From positions 81,096,001-81,160,000 of the forward strand of contig OZ024741.1 of assembly GCA_964016885.1 (NCBI GenBank): a stretch of 64,000 nucleotides of DNA, given 5' to 3'. The stretch is from Eledone cirrhosa (Eukaryota). A program made the position numbers and the translations under genes. The notes beneath the pieces were generated by a model. That model had not been told where the DNA came from, ran no database searches, and worked only from the letters and a program-made list of their open reading frames with translations. Shown here one piece after another: positions 39,820 through 52,891 of the stretch (the stretch's first letter is position 1; every line of letters starts with the position of its first letter).

Positions 39820-40260
39820 CAGTCACATGATTTGTCATACAGAGTTTTGTGTACAAAACTCTCTATGACAAATCATGTGACTGAAAACGGCTACAAAGAA
39901 CTCCCAAATACGAACTGGCACAAAATGTAATGTACTTATTCACGTGACAGTCATAACTAATCAAATTACATTTATAAAAAAAAAAAACAATTTGAGTCAC
40001 TTTTTTAAGTGAAATTGATATAAAGAACTCTCAAATGCGAACTGGCGTGAAATTTATTATACTTATTCACGTGACAGTCATCAACCAACCAAATTATTTT
40101 TAAAAAAAACCTAGCAATTCAAGCCACTTTTTTTCACATAAATCAGAAGTAACATTCGAACACCAATCAGATGCGAGAAAAACCACAAACTCTCCATCTC
40201 AATTCTACTTTTGAAAAGCATAAGAACTGTGAAACCGGTAAAGGAAACAAATAAATATTC
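39820..40260 (+). mobile_element. Non-coding element: 64-bp near-perfect palindrome, ~127-bp tandem duplication, degenerate hammerhead (40208-40243)
   Basis: CAGTCACATGATTTGTCATA...TATGACAAATCATGTGACTG. 39895-40020 resembles 40021-40135. CTT-tTGAAaA-GCA..TGT-GAAA-CCGG-TA-AAG, then AATAAA. Confidence 0.6.
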
Positions 40261-40885
40261 TTCAAAAGACTCCAGTTACATTTTCGATTTCTTTTCCTTA
40301 TACTTTCACTCATGTAGGACATCTTGTTTTTTTTTCATTTAAAAAAAAAAACCTCATTTTCTTATATATATATATATAAATATAATCAAGTTCTTGCAAA
40401 TAGTATAGTTCGTTATCAGGGTGCCATTGGTCTCTATCTTCCTATGTATAGAAGGATCACAGCGTTGTGACCTGTCCAGTTATTGATGTTGTCAAACCAT
40501 GATTTTCTTTATCTGTCTCTTCTTTGCCCTCCCTCAACAGTGCCCCATGAAGCATGACTTTAGACGGATTCATGATGGGACATGTGACCATGAGCTTCTA
40601 TCTTTTTACCATAAGTAGTGGTTCTTGTCCAATATACTGGCTGACTTGCTGCGAACAAAATTGTGATCTCATGCTATCATGGAAGATGGACGTTAAACGA
40701 TGATGATGATGATGATATATATATATATATATATATATAGATTGAGGGTGAAAGAAAGGAGAGGGTGTAGAGCAAAAAAGGGTAAAATACACATAGGTGC
40801 ATGTGTGTGTATTACTGAAAATAGCCATGTAGGTCTTTTATGGCATTTGTTTATGCTACATGGTGCTTTGTAAGAGTAAGAAATA

Positions 40886-40943
<58 letters not shown>

Positions 40944-41439
40944 AGAAGAAATATACAAAATAAAATAAATAGAAAGCGGAATATGACTGTGTATTCAATA
41001 ACATACAGCTAAAAGAAATAAAAAAATGTTCTGATACACATACACACACATATACATATTTTATTGAACAATTACAAATATTGATGTGTTTGTGTGTGTG
41101 TGTGTGTGTCAATATAACTAGATACATAAATAAACTGAGCATAGGTATATATACACATACACACGCTACTAACACATCAATATTTGTAATTATTTAATAG
41201 CAATACACATTTGTCTGGCAATCATGCTAGATAGAATTGGTTCAGGCAAATCTAATCACTTTCTCCCTTTTAACATTTTACCTCAATCCATTCTCTAGCC
41301 ATTAGTGTCATGGTGGGAATAGTGTCAATAATATATATTTAATACTTTAGTATCAACAAATGTCGACAAGTGCTTTTGTATGCTCATTGTGTATGGAGTT
41401 TGCTGAACTCATGCCATCTACACAACACCAGCATACAAT

Positions 41440-41735
41440 ACAGTACATGCTTCCACACCAGAGGCAGTGCTGCTGTTGCTGACACTGGCATCCTAGATCA
41501 CATTACAGTACTGCTACCACATCTGGGGCAGTGCTTCAGCTATATGTATAGATATCCTAGACCCACAATATAGAGACCCCATATTGCAGTATTGCTTCCA
41601 CATCTGGGGCAGTGCTTCAGCTATATATATATATACAGATATCCTAGACCCACAATACAGAGACCTCACATTGCAGTATTGCTCCCACATCAGGGGTACC
41701 ACTGCTGTTGTACACACTGACACACTAGACTGCAT
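41440..41735. repeat. Degenerate ~65-85-bp tandem repeat, ~4 copies
   Basis: CCACATCTGGGGCAGTGCT...ATCCTAGA recurs. Confidence 0.8.
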
Positions 41736-41967
41736 TGGAATCTCTGATGTAAGCATTCGACTGAGGAAGAGAAAGAGGGGTGTTGGAAGGGGACAGGGAG
41801 GGTCAATGAAATAAAAAAGAAGGAAAGAAAGAAGGTCAACAAATAGTAGGAAGAAGAGGGAGAGAAATAAAACGACAATGAAATTTAATTTACCTTTGCT
41901 TACAGTAGTGTATAACAAACCTTGTTTTGCTGTGTTTACTTCAAATGGACAATTGAATTGTAAAATC

Positions 41968-42005
41968 ACTTACCTGGAATATAGAAAATAAACAGAGTTA
42001 AATAT
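41968..42005 (-). promoter_or_regulatory. Candidate recursive splice site (3'ss immediately followed by 5'ss)
   Basis: Minus strand: TTTAACTCTGTTTATTTTCTATATTCCAG|GTAAGT, junction at 41974/41973. Confidence 0.5.
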
Positions 42006-42029
42006 AATATTAAGAAACAATGTAACAAC

Positions 42030-42360
42030 ATAATAATTGTTTCTACTTTTGGCACAAGGCCAGCAATTTGAAGGGAGGCAGAAGATCAATGAAATCAATC
42101 TCATTTCTTTACTGGTTCTTTATTTTATCAACTGTTGAGGTGTCAACAGGATTTGAACTCAGAATGTAGTAACTAAATATTGCAAAGCATTTTGTCTGAC
42201 ACTCTACCGATACTGCTTATACTACTACTAATAATAATCATAATTGTTTCTACTTGAGGCACAAGGACAGTGATTTGTGAGAAGAGGAAAGTTGATTATA
42301 TCAATCCCAGATTTGAACTCAGAACATAAAGAGCTGGAATAAATACTGCAAAGTATTTTA
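42030..42360 (-). mobile_element. Two degraded OK-like SINEs
   Basis: TAATTGTTTCTACTT..GGCACAAGG and GATTTGAACTCAGAA each occur twice. Confidence 0.7.
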
Positions 42361-43189
42361 ATAATAATTCTTTCTAACATGGAAATAGGGTGCCAAGACT
42401 GTGGAGCAGCAGAGATGGCTTGAAAGAATGAAAATGAGGATGTTTCAGTGGATGAACAGAATATCGGTGAGGAAGAGAGGAAGACAAAGATTGAATTCCA
42501 GGGGATGATGGGAATAGTGGTGAATGTTGTGATGAGAAATGGAATGAGTTGGCTGGGTTATGTGTTGAGGAAGGAAAACATGACTAAAGAGAAGGGACGG
42601 AAAAGGAAATGAAAGGGGCTTGATGTGAGGGGGATACAGATGATGAAGTAGCTTGTGGCAGGGCTCGTAATGCTAAGAAAATTACGCTTGTCCTTGTGTT
42701 TTGAAAGAAATACATGTTGCACTAAAAAGGTAATATTTGAAAATATGATCTTGTGAATAGATTTCAAAGACATGGAATCATGAACATGTTGGTGTTAGTG
42801 TAGGTGTAGTACAAGGTATATATAATGCATCTGCAATGAGAACATTGCAGTGTGTTTAATTATCTATCATCAAATCATCTGCTTATTTTTTATTGTCGTT
42901 ATTTATTTTGTAACTTTTTTTTGTTTGATTTATGTTTTATTTGAATTTTATTTCCTTATGTGAAGATAATCTGGAAGAAAGACGTGCTCAATCGTAATTC
43001 TCATCCGATTGGAATAAATTTATTACTTTTAGCTAAAAACATTTCCTCCTCACTTTCTCTTTCATTCAATCTTGCTTTGCTATCTCTCTCTCTTTGCCAC
43101 ACTATCTCACTCACCCCTGCTTCTTATCAACACTCCTTTTCTCTCTCTATCTCCCTACCTTTCACACACACTTCTTCATATATCCTCTC

Positions 43190-43500
43190 AACCCATCTCT
43201 CACTCTCTCATTCCCACTCTTCCCCTCTCTCTCTCTCTCTCATTTACACTCTTCCTTTCTCTCACTCTCTCATTCCCACTCTTCCTTTCTCTTACTCTCA
43301 TACCCACTCTTCCTTTCTCTCACTCTCTCATTCCCACTCTTCCTTTCTCTTACTCTCATACCCACTCTTCCTTTCTCTCACTCTCTCATACCCACTCTTC
43401 CTTTCTCTCACTCTCTCATACCCACTCTTCCTTTCTCTCACTCTCTCATTCCTACTCTTCCTTTCTCTCACTCTCTCATTCCTACTCTTCCTCTCTCACA
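43190..43500. repeat. ~28-30-bp CT-rich minisatellite
   Basis: CCCACTCTTCCTTTCTCTCACTCTCTCAT recurs ~9 times. Confidence 0.9.
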
Positions 43501-43932
43501 ACCTCAATTTCATTTTTCTATTTCTTTACCTTTCACTTAATATTTTCTCAATTCATTCCAATAACTGATAATTTATTATATTTGATATTCTTGATAATTC
43601 TTGCATCACTTCACCTCCATTTATTATATATATATATATATATATATACACGGTTCAAGAACAAACAAGACAAACGAGATACTAAAACACAAAGTCTTAT
43701 TAGGAAGAAGTAAATGAATGTTTTAACATAACGGACATAAGTACTTCTACAGGAAATAGCAAAGTTCTGAGAGAGAAGGCTAGAGGTTTGGAAAAAAAGA
43801 AGAAACAAAAGAAAATTAAGATGGGTGAGGAGGGTAAGTAGTCCAGCATATGAGGTGGGGACGAGGTAGAGAGTCCAGGTGTGTCATGGGTGCTGTTTTG
43901 TGCATTATTTCTTGTGTGATTTGTGTATCATT

Positions 43933-44100
<168 letters not shown>

Positions 44101-44699
44101 TGAATTCTTACGTAGGTTTTTTTTTTGTGTGCATGTGAGTATGTTTATGTATGGGTATGTAGAAACAGGTGTCTGAATTTTTTAAATGTATTTCTGTGTG
44201 TATGTGTGTGTATGTATATATATATAAATATACAAATATACATATGTATGGGTATAAACATGTGTCTGAATTTTTTATGTACTTCTATGTGTGCGTGTGT
44301 GTACACTTTTGTGTAAGTTTACACAGTTGTTAGTCTATGTATGTGAGTGTGTAAGCATAAGCTTGGATGACTGTATCTGTGTGTGGTAGAACCCATGGCT
44401 GAGATCGAAGTATATGGGATTGAATGGTGTATAGCGATCAAAGCTGGGCTATATCAGGAAGTGGTCAGGGGGGTGGTGGGGTGTCTGTGGGTAGTGCACT
44501 AAGAATACAAGTGGTATGGGTGAAGGTGTGGTGAAGAATGAGAAGGTAGGGTAGTGGTACTATGTGTGTATGTACAGATAGTAAAGGAATGTAGTGTTAA
44601 TGTTTAAGTTGGCTGTGTAGTATAGTTGAACATGTTAGTATAATTAGTTAATTATTAACATTAGGAAAATTAAATGTGTGTATTTATCTATGGTTGTGT

Positions 44700-45000
44700 T
44701 GTAGGGTCAGTGCATGTGTGTTTGTATGAGAGTGGTCAATTGGGAGTCCAGGGCATGCAACAAAGCTGAAAACAGAGGTAGTGGGTAAAGTGTCCAGCAG
44801 AGTGGAAATGTTGGGGGGACAAGAGACTGGTTGCCAAGCCAGATGTCCTGTAGATGCTTGGTAAAGACAAGACTGGAGGATGTGCAGTGAAAGGGACCAG
44901 TGCAGGTTGTGGTATTGGTGATGAAGTTGCATGTGTGCCAGTGCAGTCAGGAGATCCAGGGACGGGCTGGGGAAGAAGGATACTGCAGACAAGGAAATAA
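44700..45000 (-). pseudogene. Internally deleted Neptune-like PLE endonuclease remnant
   Basis: Minus strand reads CNFITNTTTCTGPFHCTSSSLVFTKHLQDIWLGNQSLV..QHFHSAGH, resembling the PLE GIY-YIG linker and C-terminal motifs. Confidence 0.55.
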
Positions 45001-45132
45001 AGACTCAATCATATTCAAGAATCATTGAGCAAATTATAAACTTTTAAAAGTATGCCGGCATATGACAGGAGTAAATTTGATTCTTAGAGGTGACACCGTC
45101 CACTTCCTCCACACACACACACACATATATAG

Positions 45133-45905
45133 ATCATCATCATCACCGTTTTACGTCCGTTCTTCCACGCTAGCATGGGTTAGATGGGTTGTCCTGTTGT
45201 GGGCAGTGTCCAGTTGGTTGACCTTGTCTTGCTCATACGGGAACTGATTCTGGCTTGATTTCTACAGCAGGATGCCTTTCCTAACACCAAACCTCATTTA
45301 CAGTGTGAGCTGGGTGTTTTTTGCCGTGGCACCTCCACGAGTGCTTTGCAGTGGGAGGGTATGGGGGCATATTGTCTATATGCTTCAGCTTCGGCTTGTA
45401 CCCGTGGGGAGTCGGGTCTTCTGTATTACTGCGTGACGCCAGAGGTCACGGTCGTGTGTCATCATGTTTGAGAGGTGTAATTGGGTAAGGTCGGCTTTTA
45501 TCACCTCATCCCAGGTCTTCTTGGGTCTCCCCACTCCGCGGTTTCCATCGACTTCTACTGCTCTGCACCCTTTTATGCAGCTGTCATCCTTCATACGCAT
45601 GACATGTCCATACCAACGCAACCACCTCTCCTGCACACAGCATTTGATTCCTCATATGCTCAGTCTCTCTCTCAATTCATTTATGCTTTGCCGTTTGTGT
45701 ATATTACTATTACACATCCATCGGAGCATGCAGGCTTCGTTTCTTTCTAATCTATGCAAGTTTTCCAAAGACAGCGCCCAGGTCTCACTGTAAATGAGGT
45801 TGGTGTTAGGAAGGGCATCCAGCTGTAGAAATCAAGCCAGAATCAGTTCCCGTCCCACCCTTGCAAGCAGGGAAAAGCGGATGTAAAATGAAATGATGAT
45901 GATGA
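45133..45905 (-). mobile_element. RTE LINE 3' fragment (45133-45790) fused to an inverted 3' tail (45784-45905, +)
   Basis: ORF 45385-45636. The junction falls in a shared CTCACTG. Confidence 0.85.
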
Positions 45906-46815
45906 AATGATATATATATATATATATATATACACATACATACATAAATAAATACATACTTATAGATACATATACAAATACACACATATATATATACATA
46001 CATGAACTTATAGATACATATGTACATATACACACACATTATATGTATATATAAAGTATGCCTGAAAAATTTATCTTCAAGTGTTCAGTATCCATTTGTC
46101 AATTCTGTGCACGTTTCATTGTTGGCTATGTCATGGAATGAATTGTGGAAGGTAATTTGACCAACTTTTGTAGCATTTAACTTTCATATGTCCCTACAGA
46201 ACTCATTCCTCTCTCTCTCTTTCCATCTCTGTCCAGCTGACCCCCCCCCCCCCACACCTCCTTATCTTTGTCTTCCATTCTTTCTTTCTCGCTGTGTGTC
46301 TATCTCTCTTTCTGATCCTTCTTTCTCTTTTCAACTCCCATTCTCTTACACACTGTTGCTCTCTCTCTCTCCCTCCCTCTCTCACACACACACAACCACT
46401 TCTTACTCCATTACACTTTCATTTTCTTTGTTGCTCTTTCATAACCTTTAACCCTCTCATTTCTCTTCCACACAATATTGTTTAATTTTTCTCAGTATAT
46501 AATTTTTTCTGTTATTTGTTTTTCTATCAGACATTTTCTATATCTTACCCACCCCTTCCCTATTTCATTTCTTGGTAATTATCAGTCTCTCATTCTCTCT
46601 AAAGTTTTACTCTCTCTCTCCCATTGGCTCTCTTTTCTCTTTCTATTAATGTGCATCTATGTATATATATATATATATGTATACACATACACAAGTGGTT
46701 GTGCTGGTGCCATGACAAAAAGTGACCAGGTTGGCGTTAGGAAGGTCAAAATCTTTGAGCAAGAAATGGTCATGTGACATTAAACAATAAAGATGATGAT
46801 ATATACAGATATACA

Positions 46816-47287
46816 TCTAAACTATAATAAAGTAAGGAGTGCAGGACTGCATCCAGAATATATTTTTTTATCCTGTTTGTAAAATAAGTTGCATTACTTT
46901 GAATAAATATGAATGAATATTACATAATTTATCTACTAAATTTCGTGGCTGTTCATTAAATATATTTTATTACTTATTTAAAGATTTACTTCTTTAACAT
47001 TTTCAAATGTCAACACTTCTGGTTAGCGATCGCTTAAATAAACATTCAAATATTTCCGTCACTAATTTTCTCCTAATGCAGTTTATATATAATATCGTCT
47101 TTTTTTAATGTACCATGGATTACGTTACTGATTACATAAGAGAGTGTAACGCAGTCTTCGTTCAATTTCTGTGTATATTGTCAATTACGATTTTATTTGA
47201 TCATATCTACATGCATATATACTTGCGTATAATATCAATATACACACTACACATGGTTTTTCTTCCTTCGGGTGGTTTTTCTGCTAG
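46816..47287 (+). mobile_element. Probable non-autonomous Helitron
   Basis: Starts A|TCTAAACTATAATAAAG and ends CCTTCGGG...CTGCTAG|T. The 3' hairpin is weak. Confidence 0.55.
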
Positions 47288-47470
47288 TAATAATAATTGT
47301 TTCTACTTTTGGCACAAGGCCAGCAATTACCCAGTGCATTACTGGTACTTTATTTTATCGACCCCGTAAGGATGAAAGGCAAAGTTAACCTCGGCGGGAT
47401 TTGAACTCAGAATGGCAAGGGCCGTAACTCTATATGGCAAAGCATGGCATCCGACCCTCTACCGATAAGT
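47288..47470 (-). mobile_element. OK-like SINE
   Basis: Reverse complement of the 13999-14190 consensus. Confidence 0.85.
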
Positions 47471-47496
47471 CAACAGGTTACAATTTACACCATTTA

Positions 47497-48371
47497 TCTA
47501 TATATATAAAACTGTGGTTGTCTGTCTATCGATTTTTGGCACACATCTCCTCTTAGAATCTCTCACGGAATTGCACCGAAATTGCTATACTTGTACATTG
47601 AGCCCTAGCGAAGACATCGGAAAAAAAAAAAATTTCAAATTGACCCACCCTATGTGACGAAATCGAATATAATGTATCGATTTTTGAGCATAAGTTATCA
47701 GTTATTTCCCTTTGTTCTGTTTACATTGAGCGTCTTACGTAAAAAATTACGCTGGCTTTAACAGTTGTCGAGCCAGCAAAATATTGACCTGCAAAATTCA
47801 TCAGTTCGAACACTAAGCTTCCGTTTTGCTTCATTTCCATTTAAAAGCATTTTAAAACAATATTTTTACTTGAAAACAAGTCTATTTAAAGACTACGTAA
47901 AACAAGCAAATATTTCGTCGTTAGGCGTGCAGACAGACAGTCGTGCAGACAGACAGTCGTGCAGAGAGGTGATATAGGCGTGCAGACAGACAGTCGTGCA
48001 GAGAGGTGATATAGGCGTGCAGACAGACAGTCGTGCAGAGAGGTGATATAGGCGTGCAGACAGACATAACTGATAATTTGGTTACGCTAATGTTTTTCTC
48101 TGCGTTGCAGTGTTTACATTTTCGATCTTTGTTAATAAATAACCAGTGCAGTTTCTATCCCCAGCATCCTCTTTTGTTATAACATTCGGGTTATCGTTAT
48201 GTTTTCTTAACTTCATAAGGCATATTGTTGGTTGAGGGAATATTAATCAAAAACACCACATGCAAGTCTGCACAGTAGACACTACAGTTTTTAAGCCAAG
48301 AAAGAAACTTAACATTGTAACTTTAACACAGCTACTGAGCGACCCCGAGCAACGCCGGGCTTTACTGCTAG
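47497..48371 (+). mobile_element. Non-autonomous Helitron with internal ~37-bp tandem repeat
   Basis: 5' end A|TCTATATATATAAAA. 3' hairpin CCCGAGCAACGCCGGG followed by CTAG|T. No TSD. Repeat TAGGCGTGCAGACAGACAGTCGTGCAGAGAGGTGATA at 47922-48066. Confidence 0.9.
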
Positions 48372-50119
48372 TTCATTATACAATCGGTGTTATATATATT
48401 TCGATGATAACTGTTATGCAACAGTTATGACCTCACCAGACAGCTATTAATTGAACAGAAAAAGGCATGAAGAAAAAATAAAAATTACTTGTGCTGTTTC
48501 AATTCATTGATATGACCTGGGCTGATTATTGGTGTTGCTTTCTCAAAGCACCAGTGACATGACTTAGAATAAACAACCTCACAGCATCAACACAAAGGAT
48601 AAAAAAGGCCCCTATCTATTGGTCAGAGGTAGTTCCACTACTATACCATCCAGCCATTGTGAATTCCTTAGTCGTGCCATGGTCTGAGATTGGCCATCCA
48701 CTTGTTCAGGAACCAGATGGATTTGTCTACAGCAACAACAATAACAGTTTAGGCTGCATCGACAATACTTCAGTTAAATATGACTGGCACTCAGCTTCAG
48801 TGACCGTAGTAGTAGTGACAGTAGTGATAATATAATATAACCAGTCTAGCCAGTATGCTGTACAATACATTATTAGTTTGGAATTAGTGTTGACATATAG
48901 GAATGATAAAATAAAATATGACAAAGTAAAATTAAGTTTGAAGATAGATGACCATTAAATAAGTAAAGAATAGATCACAAGTGAAAAGTAAGAGTAAATG
49001 GTAGAGAAATAGAAACAAGGGACAGAACCCCCCCCCCCCCCCCCCCCCCAAAAAAAAAGGGGGGGATGTGCAAAAAGTACCAAGATTAGACTATACCAAT
49101 GACTAATATGTATCACAAAATTAATAGTCATACTGAGATATAAAATATGCTAAGAAACTGGTGTGTTCAGACCTAGAGAGAGGATGGGCTCTACCATGTT
49201 TAAAGGGCCTCATACTACAGGCTCATCAACTGAAATGTGAGTATTACAAATAAAGATATTCACAGACAATGGAAACAAAATAATAATGAAACTCAAAAGA
49301 CTTTCAGAATCTGCAAGAATCTTTGATGAATATTCTCTAGGCTACATGGCAATCTAATTTAATAATTTTACCAATTCCACAAGCAGAATTGTAAATGGAA
49401 CTGTTTTTTTAATTGACTGCTTCTGTAATACACTTGGCATGAAAACGATATTCTAATACTCTGTACATGAATATATCATCATTATCTTTCTCATTATATA
49501 TGTGTGTGTGAAGATGAAGGTATTTATACACATACACATATCTACTCATCTAATAGACAAATACACATACATTTCAAATGTTCTTAGTTTGAAAAAATCG
49601 AACAAGACCAGATTCAATGAAGTACTCATGCATAGTAATCTGTTAGGTTAGTGTGTGCTCATGTGTTTGTATCTGAGTCTGCATGTGTTTATGTGTTTAT
49701 ATTCTATCTTTGGTTACCTGTGTGTGTGGGTGTTATTGTGCCTGTGTATATTTATATTCTATCTATAGAATATAAACATAAACACACACTGACTCAGACA
49801 CAAACACACAAGCATGCACACAAACAGAGACAACAAAAAAAATGTTATAGAAACACAATGAGAGGAAGTCACTGAAGATGTGATAGATAGAAAGATCTGT
49901 GATGAAAAAACTTTGAGAAATTAGTTATAAAAATATAAACATATATTAAGCAAAAACCAAACTAAACAGTGAGTGTGTTTCATTATTATTTTTGGTAATA
50001 TTAGGACATAACCTTCCCCAAATTTAACAATATTTGTTTCAACACATAATTTCATACCAAAAACCTTTCAAAGTACATATATATATAAATAAAAACTGTT
50101 CTCTTTATATTTGTTTCAA

Positions 50120-51459
50120 CCTGCATGCATGGGAATGTGTGTTTTCTGTAGTATGCCCATATCATCCCAAGATTTCCTAGGTCTTCCTCTTCCGTAGTTT
50201 TCTGAGAACAGAACTCTGGTGCACCTCCACTTGCATGCTAAATTCCCCATTATACTCTGGCTGGTCATTCTGTTGAGTCTACTTGGGGCAGACTATATTC
50301 GTTGGATGCATTTTCTTCATTTGAGAGTCTCTCATAATGGCATTTCTTCATGACAAATTGCTTTGCTCAATTTTGACATGTCCTCATGTCATGACATTTT
50401 TTATTTCCTGCTTTCTCCCTTGCCAAGTATACTTGTCACCTAGATTCTCTCCTAGCTGCTTCGTACTGTTCTCTGCTTCCCACATTGTGCTATTCTTTCC
50501 ATGCCTCTTTCATAGCCTTAATTGTTCCATTAATCTTACTATTTCACCACCGAATCACCCTCTTTCTCTTTGAAGCTCTGCTCCTGCTGCAGATCTTGTC
50601 TATGGCTTTCAGCAGATTATCTCTCAGCAACTTCCACTATTCCTCTATATTGTAAGTCTGTATTTCTTCTTCCTTTCTGTCAAAAGTGTCAAGCAAGACA
50701 TTTCTAAATTTTTTTACCAGCTGAGGGCTCCCTCAACTGCCATGTCCTCCTCTTCCAGATTGCCTTCGGTCTTCGAGTTTGTCCAGCTCTAACTTTAAAT
50801 TCACTAACTACAAGGTTATCTTGGGAGGTGCATTCCTCACCAGAGAGGACTAACAAACATCAATCTGTTTCGTCTTCTGGTGACTATTTGGCTAGTGTGC
50901 TAACCTGATTTATAGGTGATCAAGTGGTTGCCTGGATTTCTGAAGTTTGTATTACAGATTTCCAGGAGCCTTGAACCTTCCTCATTTCTCGTACCATAGC
51001 CAAAGTCTTCATGAGTCCCATAGAAGCCATCATAGTGTTGCCCAACATGTCCATTAAAGTTGCCTACAATGATAATTAAATCAGTATCCTTCATTAGGGA
51101 AGTAGCCTACATTAGGGATTCATAAAAGTAATCTTTTAGTTCATCTGACAGTCCAGATTGTGGCGAATAAGATGTATTTGATACAGTTATTCTAGGTAGA
51201 ACTAACCAAAATTTAATGATTCTGTCATTCCCTCTATTTACTTCAATTACCATATCTACCCATCGTTTGGCTAACAAAATATCTACCCCACCCAGAAAAA
51301 TTTGTAGTGTTTGTCTTTACCCAAAGGGTGTCTAACTGATATTCCTCTTCACCTAGTCTCTTGTATGCATCACACACCTACTTTCTTTCATTCTAGTATC
51401 TTTACAATCTCCCTTGATCTTCTTTCATTGTGCATATGTTAATGGTGGCAACACTGAAG

Positions 51460-51460
<1 letters not shown>
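50120..51460 (-). mobile_element. Old, internally deleted RTE LINE (APE region)
   Basis: ORF 50900-51094 (GNFNGHVG...GYGTRNEEG) with flanking homology to 62000-62950. Confidence 0.85.
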
Positions 51461-51501
<41 letters not shown>

Positions 51502-52134
51502 ATTAATACGGAAAATTTAATGAAAACTGTTAAATTTTAAATTAGCAGAGCCGACGTTAGGTTCTAACAGTGGATATTTTTAGCACTTTGGTTAACCGAT
51601 ACTTTTTTCAGACAATGTGTTTAATAATTTTACGTATTAATCAATATTTTAATATATGTACTTCTACTCCTAACAATAAATTTTAGTAGAGCTGCTTCCT
51701 TTTAGAACAAAAGTGCTGCTACTTCTAGCAATGCCGTTAGCCTGCCTGTATTCTCATATTGTAATGTCTTCACCATATGTGTTCATATTCTCTTTAGAAT
51801 CTATGGTGACTGGTTAGTAAGATGAAATTCTACTGATGTGTGGGTGTTTTGTCTTATGGTGCCATTTATTTGCAATTTAGCACCACTTCTCTTGCACCCT
51901 ATAGAAATTTTGGAATTTTACCACCTTTATGTAAGTTCTTTTGCTTGATATCCGATATTTCTTTCATAAATATATATGCGTGTATGGATGGTAAGAATTG
52001 ATCTTCCAACACCTTTATGGAAGTCCATTCATTTACTCTCAAATCTTCTTATGTCATTGTTCATATATAAATGTATAAACATGCATAATATGTAGATACA
52101 TTTTGTTTAAACAATTTCTTAGCCTTGAATTATT

Positions 52135-52525
52135 GTGTGTAAACATACCGTATTTCTTTAGAAATACAAAATTCCAATACATATCTGTATACAGCTATGC
52201 TCGAAGCTAAATTCTAATTCAATTCTATTATGAGTTGAACCAACTTATACAGCTTCAAATGCAAATGAGATTAATTACCTCATTTACACAGACGAGAAAA
52301 CTATATATTCTCAACTGTTTTCAAGTTCAGCAGTTGCAAGAGTGGGAGGGATCGTCCTGATGAGAACCAGTTCAGTTCGAAATGCATTGACAATTGACCC
52401 CTTGCTTCTGCTGGACACCGCCAAGTGGCGATACCCACCGGTGTTTTTGTACTTACGGATTTCTAAATGTTTATTTATAAACATACCGTATTTCTTTAGA
52501 AATACAAAATTCCAATACATATCTA
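52135..52525 (+). mobile_element. Non-coding PLE/retrozyme-like element with ~46-bp terminal direct repeats and a hammerhead
   Basis: AAACATACCGTATTTCTT(T)AGAAATACAAAATTCCAATACATATCT occurs at 52141 and 52479. HHR at 52351-52394. Confidence 0.75.
52351..52394 (+). ncRNA. Minimal type I hammerhead (CpG-decayed)
   Basis: ATCGTC-CTGATGA-GAAC-CAGTTCA-GTTC-GAAA-TGCA-TT-GACAAT. Palindromic stem III ATGCAT. Confidence 0.8.
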
Positions 52526-52540
52526 TCTATCTATTTATCT

Positions 52541-52662
52541 ATAACGAAGGAAGTGTGGTAAGGACCCAAGTGGACCATAACGCACCAGAGTACTCAATAC
52601 TTAGAGTAGTAGAGTGAGTAATTGGAAAAAGTTCAAGACCCCGACGGCTATTTCTGGACCAT
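52541..52662 (+). mobile_element. Partial fold-back hairpin element (head plus collapsed arm)
   Basis: GTGGACCATAACGCACCAGAGTACTCAATACTT matches the 14501 copy. Confidence 0.85.
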
Positions 52663-52852
52663 TTATCTATATATATATTCTTTAATTCTTTTCTTGGACA
52701 GTATGGTACGAGACAGTCGGATGCACTTCCTTTAACCAAAGCTTCAAGTTGCTCTTACAGCGTGCAGGGATTTATACAGACACACACTCACATATATACA
52801 CACACATAACATGACAGTTGAAAATTGCAAACTTGACTGTCACCACACATTA

Positions 52853-52891
52853 TGAACCTGAAGATTGCGAAAGCATGAAAGTACTTGTTCA
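52853..52891 (+). ncRNA. Minimal 39-nt type I hammerhead, intact core
   Basis: TGAAC-CTGAAGA-TTGC-GAAA-GCAT-GAAA-GTAC-TT-GTTCA. 5-bp stem I, GNRA-capped stem II, palindromic stem III AGTACT. Confidence 0.8.

Noticed and set aside
42960-43713. 200-aa ORFs rich in S/L/H
   Set aside because: Translation of a CT-rich minisatellite.
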